Assembly (NCBI GenBank): GCA_050733375.1
Contig: JBOHST010000374.1
Location: 1-37,213 of the forward strand
Direction of reading: 5' to 3'
DNA: 37,213 bases
DNA from: Gemmatimonadales bacterium
Lineage (GTDB): Bacteria; Gemmatimonadota; Gemmatimonadetes; Gemmatimonadales; GWC2-71-9
Shown: positions 15,567-25,406 of the stretch, piece after piece
How the letters are laid out: each line of letters begins with the position of its first letter
How positions within the stretch are numbered: the first letter of the stretch is position 1
Translations under genes and position numbers: made by a program
Notes under the pieces: generated by a model
What the model was told of the DNA's origin: nothing
The model's database searches: none
What the model saw: the letters and a program-made list of their open reading frames with translations, nothing else

Positions 15567-17119
15567 GGTGCGCGTCGCACCGTGGTCCAGCGCTGACCAT
15601 TGAATATCACCGGCAGCTCCCAACCTGTAATCGTCGGCGACTCGGCCCAGAGATCCACCGGGAACCACAGGTACAGCCACGGAGCGGTCTGGTACACCCG
15701 GGTGTCGATCGCCCGGTACAGCGCGGTGCGCGCCGCGTCATCCAGGGTGCGCCGGGCCTGGAGGATCAGCGAATCGGTGACGGGGTCGCTCGTGAAGGCG
15801 TAGTTGCCGCCCGGCCCGAAGCTCGCGCTGGAGAACAGCGGGTAGAGGAAATTGTCGCCGTCGGGGTAGTCGGCCCACCAGTCGAGCAGCGCCATGTCGG
15901 CGTTGCCCGCCCGCGCCGCCTCGCGCTGGCTCGAGGCGTCGCGCTCGACGAGCTCCACCTGGATGCCGATCCGCGTGAGGTCGGCCTGGACCGCCTGAGC
16001 GACGCGCCCCAGCGTCACGTTGTCGGCGGTGCGCCAGAGCTGGAGCGACAGGCCATTCGCGTGGCCGGCCTCGGTGAGCAGCCGCCTGGCCCGCTCGGGA
16101 TCGTAGGCGTACGCGGGTCGGGTCGTGTCGCCGCCCGCGAGGCTTGGCGGGATCGCGCCCCGGGCGCGGATGCCGCGCCCGCTCCACACGGTAGTGAGGA
16201 TCTGGTCGACGTTCACCGCGTGGTTGATCGCCTGCCGCACCCGCACGTCCCGCAGCGCGCCGCGGCGATTGTTCAGGGCGATGTAGGTGACGCGCAGGGC
16301 GGGCTTCTCCTGCAGCCAGGCGGGGTGTCGCTCGCGCCAGCGCGCGGTCTCCCCGAACGGCACTTCCACGACGTCGAGGCGCCCCGCCTCCAGCTCGGCG
16401 GCGCGCACGAGCTGGTCGGGGATGATGCGCACTACGAGTGACTCCGCCAGGGGCGCCCCACCCCAGTAGTCGGGATTCCGAACGAACCGCAGCGCGTCGT
16501 CGTGCGCCCAGGCCGCGAAACGCCACGGGCCAGTGCCAACCGGTCGTGCGCCGAGGTCGGGCGGAGGGTTGGCGGGGACGATTGACGCCACCGGCATCGC
16601 CAGGAACTTCGGGAAGACGGCGAGGGGCAGGGCGAGGGTCAGGGCCACGGCCGTATCGCCCAACGTTTCGATCCCCCGAACGTCGGCGACCGTCCCGGCC
16701 GCGTGCTCGCGCGCCCCGGCGATGGGCAGCAGCGGCCAGGCGCGGCCGCCCGTGGATCGCGGATCGAGCACCCGCAAGAGGCTCCGGCGCACCGCCTCGG
16801 CCGTGAGGGGCGACCCGTCATGGAACTTCACCGCCGGACGCAGGTGAAACACGTACCGCAGGCCCTGCGAGTCGACGGTCCAACGATCCGCGAGCGCGGC
16901 GGCGAGAGTGCCGTTGGGGTCGAACCGGGTAAGCCCGTCGTACAGGAGCGTCACCATCTCGCCGGTGGGAACGTCGGTCGAGAGCGCCGGATCCAGCGAA
17001 CGGGGATCGTAGCTCTCGTAGTAGGTGAGCGGAGCGCCCGCATCGGGGCGCTCTGCGACGCACGCGGCGGCCGTGGCGGCCGGCAGCACGATCCTCGAGA
17101 AACGCCAGAAATGGAACAT
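15563..17119 (-). CDS. ABC transporter substrate-binding protein, family 5 (peptide/nickel)
   Basis: ATG 17119; the track start at 17122 is a TTG. Signal-like N-terminus, then SLDPALSTD..TLLYDGLTRFDPNG..ADRWTVD..YVFHLRPAVKFHDGSP, typical of family-5 SBPs. Confidence 0.9.
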   Translation of the reverse strand: MFHFWRFSRIVLPAATAAACVAERPDAGAPLTYYESYDPRSLDPALSTDVPTGEMVTLLYDGLTRFDPNGTLAAALADRWTVDSQGLRYVFHLRPAVKFHDGSPLTAEAVRRSLLRVLDPRSTGGRAWPLLPIAGAREHAAGTVADVRGIETLGDTAVALTLALPLAVFPKFLAMPVASIVPANPPPDLGARPVGTGPWRFAAWAHDDALRFVRNPDYWGGAPLAESLVVRIIPDQLVRAAELEAGRLDVVEVPFGETARWRERHPAWLQEKPALRVTYIALNNRRGALRDVRVRQAINHAVNVDQILTTVWSGRGIRARGAIPPSLAGGDTTRPAYAYDPERARRLLTEAGHANGLSLQLWRTADNVTLGRVAQAVQADLTRIGIQVELVERDASSQREAARAGNADMALLDWWADYPDGDNFLYPLFSSASFGPGGNYAFTSDPVTDSLILQARRTLDDAARTALYRAIDTRVYQTAPWLYLWFPVDLWAESPTITGWELPVIFNGQRWTTVRRAP

Positions 17120-17139
17120 CAAACTCGGTGTCGAAAAGG

Positions 17140-17169
17140 TTGACAGTTGGGGTGGTGGCCGGCCAACAT
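17140..17169 (+). promoter_or_regulatory. candidate promoter for the tamA-like operon
   Basis: Perfect TTGACA (17140-17145), 18-nt spacer, CAACAT (17164-17169). The position argues for the downstream TTG start at 17194 rather than GTG 17128. Confidence 0.3.
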
Positions 17170-17193
17170 ACGGAGCACGCCATACACCGTCAA

Positions 17194-19317
17194 TTGCGTT
17201 CCGCGCGTTTCCTCCTCATCGCCGCCCTGTGCGCGGCGGCCGTCCGCCCACTCGCCGCTCAGCAGGAGCCGGAGCGCGTGGTGCGCGGGCTGGATTTCGT
17301 CGGCAACCACTCGATCGACCGGTATACCCTGAGCACGGTCATCGCGACCTCGAATTCCAGTTTCTTCGCCAGCGTGTGGTGGCTCCGCTGGATCGGGCTC
17401 GGGGCGAAGCGGTATTTCGACGAGCTCGAGTTCCGCCGCGATGTCGTCCGGCTGATCCTGTTCTACCGGCAGAGCGGGTTCATGCGCGTCGTGGTCGATA
17501 CCTCGGTGCGCCGCACCGCGCGCGATGTGTTCGTCACGTTCCGGATCCACGAGGGTGAGCCGGTGCTCGTCACGCGTCTCGACGTGGAGGGCATTACGGG
17601 AATCGCCAATGAGCGGCCGCTGCGTCGGGCGATGCCGCTGCATGTGGGTGACCCGTTCGATCGTTTCCTCATGCAGGCCTCCGCCGACACGGTGGCCGCA
17701 TGGCTCCGCAACCGCGGGTTCCCCTACGTACAGGTGCTGCGCAACTTCGATTCGGACGCCGGCGCACTCACGGCCGAGGTGCGCTACGAGGCCGTGCCCG
17801 GACCGTATATGCGGGTGGGTGCGATCGTAGTGCAGGGGGTGGAGCGGGTGGACACGGCCACAGTGTTGCGCACCGTATCGGTGCGATCGGGGGAGCAATA
17901 CCGCGAGGACCAATTGTATCGGAGCCAGCGGGATCTGTACGGCGTCGGACTGTTTCGCTCGGCGACGGTGACGCTGCTCGACACCATACCCCCCCCCGCG
18001 GGAGACTCCACCGTCGGGGTGCTGGTGCGCGTCGCCGAAGGGCCGCGCCACCGCATCCGGTTCGGCGGCGGGTACGGCACGCAGGACTGCTTCCGGTTTC
18101 AGTCGGGGTGGTCGGCGCTGGGGTTCCTGGGGGACTCGCGGGTGCTGGATCTGAGCCTTCGCGTCACCAAAATCGGCGTGGGGTGGCCGTTCAACGCCGG
18201 CCTCGACAAGGAATACGTCTGTAGCCCGCTCGAGGACGATGAGCAGTCGGACACGCTGAACTACAACGTGGGGCTGACGCTGTTCCAGTCGGCGTTCCTC
18301 TCACCGAAGCACACCGCGAGCGTGGGGGCGTTCGCCGAGCGCCGCAGCGAGCTCGATACCTACACGCGGGTACAGGTCGGCGGCAACGTGGGGGTCACCC
18401 TCAACGCGCGCCGTCGCGTGCCGGTGGGGGTGAGCTATGGCTATTCCGTCGGGCGCACCGATGCCGACCCGGCGATATTCTGCAGTGTGTTCAGCGTGTG
18501 CGACGCGGCCACGCAGGGATACCTCAGAACGCGCCGCCCGTTCGCCTCGGTCACGGTTTCCGCTTCCCGGCGCACCGAGGACTTCGCCCTCGATCCCTCC
18601 AGCGGCAGTCACATCGGGCTCACCCTGCTGCATTCGTCGCGGGTGCTCGGGTCGGATAGCCTGTACGAGTTCAATCGCGGCCAGATGGAAATCGCTCAAT
18701 ACCTCCCGTTCGGCCGTCGCGGGGTGTTCGCCTGGCGGTTTTACGCCGGCGCCCTCCTCCCCGTGCGTATCACCCTGGCGGGACAGCGTACCCAGTTCGT
18801 GCCGCCGGAACAGCGGTTTTACGGCGGCGGCCCCAATTCGGTGCGAGGCTACGGGGCCAACGAGCTAGGCCCGCGGGTCTACGTGATCACCGATCCGGAC
18901 TCCTTCACCGTCCAGAATGGCGACACGATCTACAAGGGCCTCCGCACCGTGGCGACCGGCGGAAACTCGATTCTGCTCGCCAACGCAGAGGTTCGGGTCG
19001 CCGCGCCGGTGTTTCCGGACCGGCTGCGGCTCGCGGCCTTCGTGGACGTCGGCCAAGTGTACGAACGGCAAAACGAGGTGTTCTCGTTCCGTTCGATGCG
19101 GGTGACGCCGGGCGTGGGCGTGCGGATCACGACCCCGCTCGGGCCGGTGCGCGTGGATGTGGCCTACAACGCCTACGATCCCGAGTCGGGGACGCTGCTG
19201 CTCCAGGACAACACCACCCGCGAGTTGAGCGTGTTCCGCGCGACCTACCAGCGTCGCCGTCCCGACACCTATTTCCGGCGGTTGCAGCTGCAACTCGCCA
19301 TCGGCCAGGCGTTCTGA
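17194..19317 (+). CDS. tamA: Omp85-family outer-membrane protein, TamA/BamA-like (POTRA domains plus beta-barrel)
   Basis: TTG 17194 gives (M)RSARFLLIAALCAAAVRPLAAQ as a signal peptide. POTRA-like VVRGLDFVGNHSIDRYTL. FYGGGPNSVRGY barrel motif. The C-terminus ends ...AIGQAF (beta-signal). The start is uncertain; the track ORF begins at GTG 17128. Confidence 0.85.
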   Translation: MRSARFLLIAALCAAAVRPLAAQQEPERVVRGLDFVGNHSIDRYTLSTVIATSNSSFFASVWWLRWIGLGAKRYFDELEFRRDVVRLILFYRQSGFMRVVVDTSVRRTARDVFVTFRIHEGEPVLVTRLDVEGITGIANERPLRRAMPLHVGDPFDRFLMQASADTVAAWLRNRGFPYVQVLRNFDSDAGALTAEVRYEAVPGPYMRVGAIVVQGVERVDTATVLRTVSVRSGEQYREDQLYRSQRDLYGVGLFRSATVTLLDTIPPPAGDSTVGVLVRVAEGPRHRIRFGGGYGTQDCFRFQSGWSALGFLGDSRVLDLSLRVTKIGVGWPFNAGLDKEYVCSPLEDDEQSDTLNYNVGLTLFQSAFLSPKHTASVGAFAERRSELDTYTRVQVGGNVGVTLNARRRVPVGVSYGYSVGRTDADPAIFCSVFSVCDAATQGYLRTRRPFASVTVSASRRTEDFALDPSSGSHIGLTLLHSSRVLGSDSLYEFNRGQMEIAQYLPFGRRGVFAWRFYAGALLPVRITLAGQRTQFVPPEQRFYGGGPNSVRGYGANELGPRVYVITDPDSFTVQNGDTIYKGLRTVATGGNSILLANAEVRVAAPVFPDRLRLAAFVDVGQVYERQNEVFSFRSMRVTPGVGVRITTPLGPVRVDVAYNAYDPESGTLLLQDNTTRELSVFRATYQRRRPDTYFRRLQLQLAIGQAF

Positions 19318-22300
19318 TGGTACGGCGCTCGTTGGGTGCGCTGTTGTGGACGCTGGTCGGCGTGCTGGCCTGCTTCCTGGGCGGGCTCTCCGCTCTGGTC
19401 GGGACGCCCGCGGGGCGGGCGCTCCTCGCGCGCGTCCTCCAGACGACGCTGCAAGGCGCGGTCGCCGGCCAGGTCGAGCTGGGTGGAGCCTCGGGTAGCC
19501 TGCTCAGGGGGCTCGTGCTCACCGATCTCAAACTGTACGACCGGGACAGCTCGCTCGTGGCGTGGCTGCCACGCGCCGAGCTCGACTACAGCCTGCTGGA
19601 TTTCGCGGCCGGACGGGTGGTGTTGATGGCCGTGCGGCTCGACCGGCCGTACCTCAACATCGTCCAGCACCGCCACGGCCGTCTCAACATCGAGGAGCTG
19701 TTGCGGCTGGGCGAGCCATCCGCATCACCGCGCAGCCGGCAACCGCTGGTGCCCCGCCCGAAGCCGCTGATTGTGCTGCGGAACGTGGACATCACGGACG
19801 GCGACCTGGTGCTGCGGCTCCAGTCGTCCGAAACCCCCGGCGACTCGCTGTTGGAAATCGACGCCTTCGAGTCCGACGGACGGCGCCGCATCCGCCGCTT
19901 CGAGGACATCAACGGCCACATCGACGCATTCCGAATCTCCGCACCCGGTCAGCGCGGCTTGCGTGTAGACTTGGGGACGCTCGCGGTGCGGATCTCGGAC
20001 CCGCCGGTCGAGCTTACCGATGCGCGGGGGCGCGTCTCAATCGATGGAGACTCGCTCGAGGCAGACCTTCCGGTGGTGGGGCTGCCGGCGTCGCGCCTGT
20101 CCCTGCGTGGCCGCCTGGCCTGGCCGCGGGGCCCGCTGCTCTACAACCTCGACATCGGCGCCGACTCGGTGACGTTGGCGGACATGCGGTTCATCGATCC
20201 GCGGTTCCCCGAAGGTGCGGTGCTGCGCGGCGCGCTGGCGGTTCGCTCCCACGGCGAGCGGCTGCTCGAGGTGCGGCTCGACACGTTCGATCTCGCCTAT
20301 CACGGCGGGAGGGCGCTGGGCCGCGCCACCGCGTTCGTGGCGGCCGATTCGGGGCTCGTGGCGCTGCGTGGCGCCGATATCACCGCCGACGATCTCGACC
20401 TGACGCTGCCCCATGCTTTCCTCGACACGTTGCCGTTCTACGGGCATCTGACCGGACGCACCCGCGCGGACGGCCGGCTCAGCGCCCTCACGCTCGACCT
20501 CGACTGGATGTTTCGAGACTCGCTCGTTCCCGAGTGGCCGGAGAGTCGCGTGCGCGGACGAGGGCTGGTGGACCTCGTCGCCCCGGCGGGGATCACCTTC
20601 GGCCTGTTCGACGTGGATACCACGACGCTCGCCTTCGGCACGGTCGCGCGTCTCCTGCCAGCCGCGTCGCTGCACGGCACGCTCACCGCCACCGGGACGC
20701 TCACCGGGTCGCTGACGAACCTGACGTTCAACGGGACGCTGCGTCACCTGGATGGCGAGCGGCCGGCAAGCGTATTGCGGGGCAGATTCGCCGCGGACTC
20801 CCGGCGCGATACGCTGGCGCTCGACGTGGACGCGCAGCTGGACACGCTGTCGTTCGACGGGCTCCAGGGGAGCTTCCCGAGCCTCGGGCTCGAAGGGGGA
20901 GTGACCGGGACGGCGCGCTTCACTGGCCGTGTCGACTCGCTCGGCACCCAGCTCGACCTCATGCGTTTGGGCGGCGGTGGGCGCCTCCAAGCCAACGGCG
21001 CGCTGGTCCTGCTCCCCGACCGTCGGGGCGCCCGCGGCCTCCAGCTCACTGCCACCAATATCGCGCTCGAGCGCTGGGTGTCCGAAGCCCCCCCATCGCG
21101 CCTCAATGCGACGGTTATCACGACGATGGACGCCGACACGTCCGGGTCTGCCCCGGTCGGCAGCGTCGCCGTGCGGCTCGCGCCGTCCAGCCTGGCCGGG
21201 GCGGCGCTCGACAGCGGAGTCGTGATGCTGCGCGCCGCCGACGGGCTGGTGCACTTCGACACCCTGTGGCTGCGCCAGCCGGGAGTCGCCACGGACGGCG
21301 CCGGCACGCTCGGCTGGCGGCGACCGGCGCGCGGCGAGGCGCTGATCACCTTCGACGTCACCAACCTGGGATCGCTCGACTCGCTCGTGGCCTGGACCGG
21401 CGGCGCGTGGGGCGACTCCGTGCGCGCGGTACTGGCAAGCGGCACGGGCCGCCTCAATCTGCGCGCATCGGGTGCGCTCGATTCGATCGCCCTCGACGGC
21501 TTCGGCACCGGGAGCGACTTGGCCATCGGTGACTGGCGCGTGCCCGAGGTGCGGCTGCGGGGCGCGTACGAGCCAGGTCCGCGCCCGATTGTCTGGCTGG
21601 AAGCCGCCGCTGACTCGCTGGCGCACGGCCAGCGGGGTTTTGGGGCGGCGTCGGCCGCGGTGCGGGGCTGGACCGATTCGCTCGGGTGGTTCGCCCGCTC
21701 GCGGATCGGCGACCTGAGCGGTTTCCTCGCCGGAGGTCGCTTTGCGCGCGACTCGGCGGGGCAGGGTGTCGTCGGTTTCGACTCGCTCGCGGTACGGCTG
21801 CCCGGCGGAGTCTGGTTCCTCGAATCGCCCGCGCGGCTGGCGTTCGACGACTCGACGCTCACGGTGAGCCGGATGGGGTTGCGGCGGGTGAACGGCCCGG
21901 GTCGGATCGAGGTGGAGGGAACCGTCCCGACCGCCGGGACGGGCCGGGCGGACTCGGCCAAACTTCACGTCGAAGGCTTCCCGCTCGTCGGGGTGTACGC
22001 GCTGCTGCAGCAGGATACGTTGGGTGCCGAGGGCGACGTCGCGCTGGACCTCGCGCTACGCGGCTCGCGCCGCGACCCCGTGTACGAGGGCCGCTTCGCG
22101 GTGATGCCGGAGAAGGAGGCCGCGCCGTCGCTGGACGGCACCGTCGCCTATGCCGGCCGGCGGCTCGATGCGACCGCGTACCTGCGACGCAACGGCTTGG
22201 AGATCGTGGCCCTCACCGCGCACCTGCCGCTCGATCTCGCCCTCGTCCCGGTGGCGAAGCGCCAGCTCTCCGATACGCTCGCCATTCGCGCGCGCGCCGA

Positions 22301-23750
22301 CGCGGCGGACCTCGCCACGCTCGAGGCGTTCACGGCCGCACTGCGCGACGTCCAGGGCCAGGTGACGGCCGACGTCGCGGTCCGAGGGACGTGGGATGCC
22401 CCGCGGCTGGACGGGACCATGCGGGTCGATTCGGGCGGTGTCAGCATCGCCGCGCTGGGTGTGCGCTGGAGCAATATCGCGGGCCGCTTGCGGCTGAGCG
22501 GCGACACGCTGCGGGTGGACTCGCTCGCCATCCATAGTGAACACGGCCAGGCGGACCTGTCGGGGTACGTCCGCCTGGAGCGGCTGACGCGCCCGGTGCT
22601 CGCGCTGGACATCAACGCGCGCGACTTCAAGGCGCTCGAAATCCGGGGTGATCTGAGCATCACCGCCACCGCTCGCCTGGCGTTGAGCGGTCCGGTGTTC
22701 GGCGCCACGCTCACCGGCACCGGGACGGTCACGAGCGGCGTGCTCTACTTCGCCGATCTCGTGACCAAGCGGGTCATCGACCTCGATGCGCCGGACCCCG
22801 CGTTGGCCGCGTTGATCGACACCTCGCTCGCGGCGTTGATCCGGCGCCAGGGATTGGGCCCGTCGTTTCACAACGTGTTCCTGGACAGCCTGCGGATCCG
22901 CGACCTGCAGCTCGCGATGGGGAACAGCATGTGGCTGCGGTCCAACGAGGCGAACATTCAGCTGACCGGCCGGCTCAACGTGAACAAGGTGAACCGCAAT
23001 TTCCTCCTGACGGGGAACCTGCAGGCGCCGCGCGGCACCTACCGGCTGCTCGTGGGGCCGGTGACGCGTGAGTTCGTCGTGACCCAGGGGTCGGTACGCT
23101 ACTTCGGCACGCCGGATCTGGATGCGGGTCTCGATATCGAGGCCAGGCATGTCGTGCGCCCGGTGTCCACGACGACCCAGACAACAAAGGTCTGCGGCGG
23201 CAAGGACGAGAACGTGACTGTCGTCGCGCACATCGGCGGCACCCTGTACGTGCCACGGCTGACGCTGCAGGCCCAGGAGTGCGACATGCCGCAGACCGAT
23301 ATCATCTCCTACTTGATGTTCGGCCAGCCGAGTGCCGACATCGCCAGCGGCACTCCCGGCGTGGCGACCGGCCGCTCAGCCCTGCTGTCGAGTACGGTCT
23401 CGAGCATCATCTCGGGCGCGATTTCCGGCGAGCTGGAGCGCACCGTCGTATCGGATCTCGGCATCCCGCTCGACTACGTGGAGATCCGTCCCGGCGACCC
23501 CGGCAGCCCGTGGATGGGGGCAAGCTTCGCGGCCGGATGGCAGGTGGGCCAGAAAACGTTCTTCATCGTGCGGGCGAGCCTCTGCCCCGGCGCAAACCAG
23601 TTGGGTGCGAGCCTCCAGTTCCGGATCAGCCCGGAATGGCGTACCGAGGCCAGCGTCGAACCGGTGAGGAGTTGCCCCAACGACGTCCCCGGTACGGGCA
23701 ACTCCCAGCGACAGGTCGGCGGAGATCTCTTCTGGGAGCGCCGTTACTGA
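19317..23750 (+). CDS. tamB: translocation and assembly module protein TamB (AsmA-like, DUF490 C-terminus), 1477 aa
   Basis: The ATG shares 1 nt with the tamA stop (TGATG). N-terminal membrane anchor LLWTLVGVLACFLGGLSALV. Long beta-rich repetitive body. The pairing with an Omp85 gene is the canonical TamAB arrangement. Confidence 0.9.
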   Translation: MVRRSLGALLWTLVGVLACFLGGLSALVGTPAGRALLARVLQTTLQGAVAGQVELGGASGSLLRGLVLTDLKLYDRDSSLVAWLPRAELDYSLLDFAAGRVVLMAVRLDRPYLNIVQHRHGRLNIEELLRLGEPSASPRSRQPLVPRPKPLIVLRNVDITDGDLVLRLQSSETPGDSLLEIDAFESDGRRRIRRFEDINGHIDAFRISAPGQRGLRVDLGTLAVRISDPPVELTDARGRVSIDGDSLEADLPVVGLPASRLSLRGRLAWPRGPLLYNLDIGADSVTLADMRFIDPRFPEGAVLRGALAVRSHGERLLEVRLDTFDLAYHGGRALGRATAFVAADSGLVALRGADITADDLDLTLPHAFLDTLPFYGHLTGRTRADGRLSALTLDLDWMFRDSLVPEWPESRVRGRGLVDLVAPAGITFGLFDVDTTTLAFGTVARLLPAASLHGTLTATGTLTGSLTNLTFNGTLRHLDGERPASVLRGRFAADSRRDTLALDVDAQLDTLSFDGLQGSFPSLGLEGGVTGTARFTGRVDSLGTQLDLMRLGGGGRLQANGALVLLPDRRGARGLQLTATNIALERWVSEAPPSRLNATVITTMDADTSGSAPVGSVAVRLAPSSLAGAALDSGVVMLRAADGLVHFDTLWLRQPGVATDGAGTLGWRRPARGEALITFDVTNLGSLDSLVAWTGGAWGDSVRAVLASGTGRLNLRASGALDSIALDGFGTGSDLAIGDWRVPEVRLRGAYEPGPRPIVWLEAAADSLAHGQRGFGAASAAVRGWTDSLGWFARSRIGDLSGFLAGGRFARDSAGQGVVGFDSLAVRLPGGVWFLESPARLAFDDSTLTVSRMGLRRVNGPGRIEVEGTVPTAGTGRADSAKLHVEGFPLVGVYALLQQDTLGAEGDVALDLALRGSRRDPVYEGRFAVMPEKEAAPSLDGTVAYAGRRLDATAYLRRNGLEIVALTAHLPLDLALVPVAKRQLSDTLAIRARADAADLATLEAFTAALRDVQGQVTADVAVRGTWDAPRLDGTMRVDSGGVSIAALGVRWSNIAGRLRLSGDTLRVDSLAIHSEHGQADLSGYVRLERLTRPVLALDINARDFKALEIRGDLSITATARLALSGPVFGATLTGTGTVTSGVLYFADLVTKRVIDLDAPDPALAALIDTSLAALIRRQGLGPSFHNVFLDSLRIRDLQLAMGNSMWLRSNEANIQLTGRLNVNKVNRNFLLTGNLQAPRGTYRLLVGPVTREFVVTQGSVRYFGTPDLDAGLDIEARHVVRPVSTTTQTTKVCGGKDENVTVVAHIGGTLYVPRLTLQAQECDMPQTDIISYLMFGQPSADIASGTPGVATGRSALLSSTVSSIISGAISGELERTVVSDLGIPLDYVEIRPGDPGSPWMGASFAAGWQVGQKTFFIVRASLCPGANQLGASLQFRISPEWRTEASVEPVRSCPNDVPGTGNSQRQVGGDLFWERRY

Positions 23751-23751
23751 C

Positions 23752-24684
23752 ATGACGCGGGCGCTGTTGATCACCAATCCCGCGGCGGCGCGCACCGACG
23801 CGCGGGCGTTGACGGCGGTGCGGGAAACGCTGCGGGCCGCCGGGTGGGCGGTGGAAGTTGCCGCGACCGCCGCCCCCGGGGACGCACGCCGGCTTGCCGA
23901 GCGCGGGCGCGCCGAGGGATTCGACGCGATGCTGTCGTACGGCGGCGACGGCACCGCGATGCAGATCGCCGCGGCGATCGCGGGGACCGGGATCCCGCTC
24001 GGCCTGCTGCCCGGCGGGACCGGGAACGTGCTGGCCGGGAACCTGCGGCTCCCGCGCCGTCCGCTGGCGGCGACGCGGGCGATCTTGCGGACGGTGCCGT
24101 ATGCGATCGACCTCGGGGCCGTCGAACGCGCCGACGGCCTGCACTACTTCGCGGTGTGTTGCGGGGCAGGATTCGATGCCGCCCTGATGGGGCGCACCGA
24201 TGCCGCGAGCAAACGACGCTGGCGGCGGGCAGCCTACATCCGTCAGGCGCTGACCGGCCTGGCCACCGCGGCGAACGCGCCGCACCGGTTCACCATCGAT
24301 GGCGTGGAGCATCGGCAGGACGCGGCGATGGTGCTGGTGTGCAACTGCGCGGACCTGATGCCGCCGTTCCTGCGGCTGCGCGCCGATATCCGCCCCGACG
24401 ACGGCGTGCTCGACGTCGTGGCGCTGCGCGCCGATGGCGCCTGGCAGAGCGTGACGGCGTTCGCGGAGCTGTTGCTGAGTCAAGGGCGGGCGGCGCGCGA
24501 CCAGGTCTGGTTTGGGCGCGGGCAGGTCGTGCGGATCGAGGTCGAATCGGGGCCGCCGCTGCCGGCCCAGCTCGACGGGGAAGTCACCGGCACGACGCCG
24601 CTCGAGGCACGGGTGATGCCGGGCGCCCTTACGGTATTTGTGGACCCGGACACTGTGCCGGGTGGAATGAACGGCCGTGGCTGA
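23752..24684 (+). CDS. diacylglycerol-kinase-family lipid kinase (YegS/BmrU-like)
   Basis: Starts 1 nt after the tamB stop. MLSYGGDGT and LGLLPGGTGN motifs of the DAGK catalytic domain. 310 aa. Confidence 0.9.
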   Translation: MTRALLITNPAAARTDARALTAVRETLRAAGWAVEVAATAAPGDARRLAERGRAEGFDAMLSYGGDGTAMQIAAAIAGTGIPLGLLPGGTGNVLAGNLRLPRRPLAATRAILRTVPYAIDLGAVERADGLHYFAVCCGAGFDAALMGRTDAASKRRWRRAAYIRQALTGLATAANAPHRFTIDGVEHRQDAAMVLVCNCADLMPPFLRLRADIRPDDGVLDVVALRADGAWQSVTAFAELLLSQGRAARDQVWFGRGQVVRIEVESGPPLPAQLDGEVTGTTPLEARVMPGALTVFVDPDTVPGGMNGRG

Positions 24685-25213
24685 ACGGGTGCTGATTGTC
24701 ACGGCGGACGATGCGTTGGCGCGCGTCGCATGTGAGCGGTTCGCCGCTGTGACGGGTGGGACGGTGCTGCACGAGCGCGATGGGGTGTCAGGCCTCGAGG
24801 CGAGCGAGCGGGCGCGGCCCGACGTGGTCGTCTGGGACGGCGACCTGCCCGACCCGATCGACGACGCGCTGGTCGGTCGCGTGCGCGCCTCCGGGGCCGC
24901 GTTGGTCGTGGTCGTGGCCGCGGGTGAGGTGACGGCCGGCATACGCGCGCTCCAGCTGGGGGCGGAGCAGTTCGTCGCCCAGCCGATGAACCCCGACCAC
25001 CTGGCCGCGGCCGTGGCGCGGGCGGCCGAGGCGGGGCGGTGGCGCCTCCGCCGCGAACCCTACCGGCCTCGCAGCCTCGCGGCGGCCGAGCGGGAGCAGA
25101 TCGAACTTGCCCTGCGGCATCACGGCGGCAACCGCACGCGGGCCGCGCGGGATCTCGGCATATCGCGCGCGACGCTGATCAATAAGATTAAGATCTACGT
25201 CCTCGACCTCTGA
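24677..25213 (+). CDS. atypical receiver domain protein with C-terminal Fis-type HTH (no AAA+ domain)
   Basis: GTG start overlaps the kinase stop by 8 nt. VLIVTADD and VVVWDGD resemble the REC acidic pocket and phospho-Asp. FVAQP sits where canonical receivers have xxKP. The C-terminus RTRAARDLGISRATLINKIK is a Fis/NtrC-type HTH. Confidence 0.8.
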   Translation: MAERVLIVTADDALARVACERFAAVTGGTVLHERDGVSGLEASERARPDVVVWDGDLPDPIDDALVGRVRASGAALVVVVAAGEVTAGIRALQLGAEQFVAQPMNPDHLAAAVARAAEAGRWRLRREPYRPRSLAAAEREQIELALRHHGGNRTRAARDLGISRATLINKIKIYVLDL

Positions 25214-25220
25214 GGTCCGC

Positions 25221-25406
25221 ATGGAGAAGCCGGTCTTGAAGGAGCACGACGGGATGGTCTGCCGGGCTTGCGGCAACGAAGAACGGGCGTCGGAGGGCTA
25301 TCCCTGCGCCGACTGCGGCACGTTCATCTGCCTGATCTGCATGTTCCGGGGGGTGACGCGCTGCCGGGCCTGCGAGGAAAAAGCGAAGGCGGCGTCGCGC
25401 GGCTAG
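25221..25406 (+). CDS. small zinc-ribbon protein with four CxxC motifs (61 aa)
   Basis: GAGG lies 5 nt before the ATG. CRAC, CADC, CLIC and CRAC are spaced for two Zn sites. It lies 7 nt downstream of the REC-HTH gene. Short ORF, so the coding call is moderate. Confidence 0.6.
   Translation: MEKPVLKEHDGMVCRACGNEERASEGYPCADCGTFICLICMFRGVTRCRACEEKAKAASRG

Noticed and set aside
20037-21968. 643-aa and 405-aa minus-strand ORFs inside tamB
   Set aside because: They are antisense to a continuous 1477-aa TamB frame with the expected N-terminal anchor and operon context. Their composition is Arg/Pro/Glu-biased.
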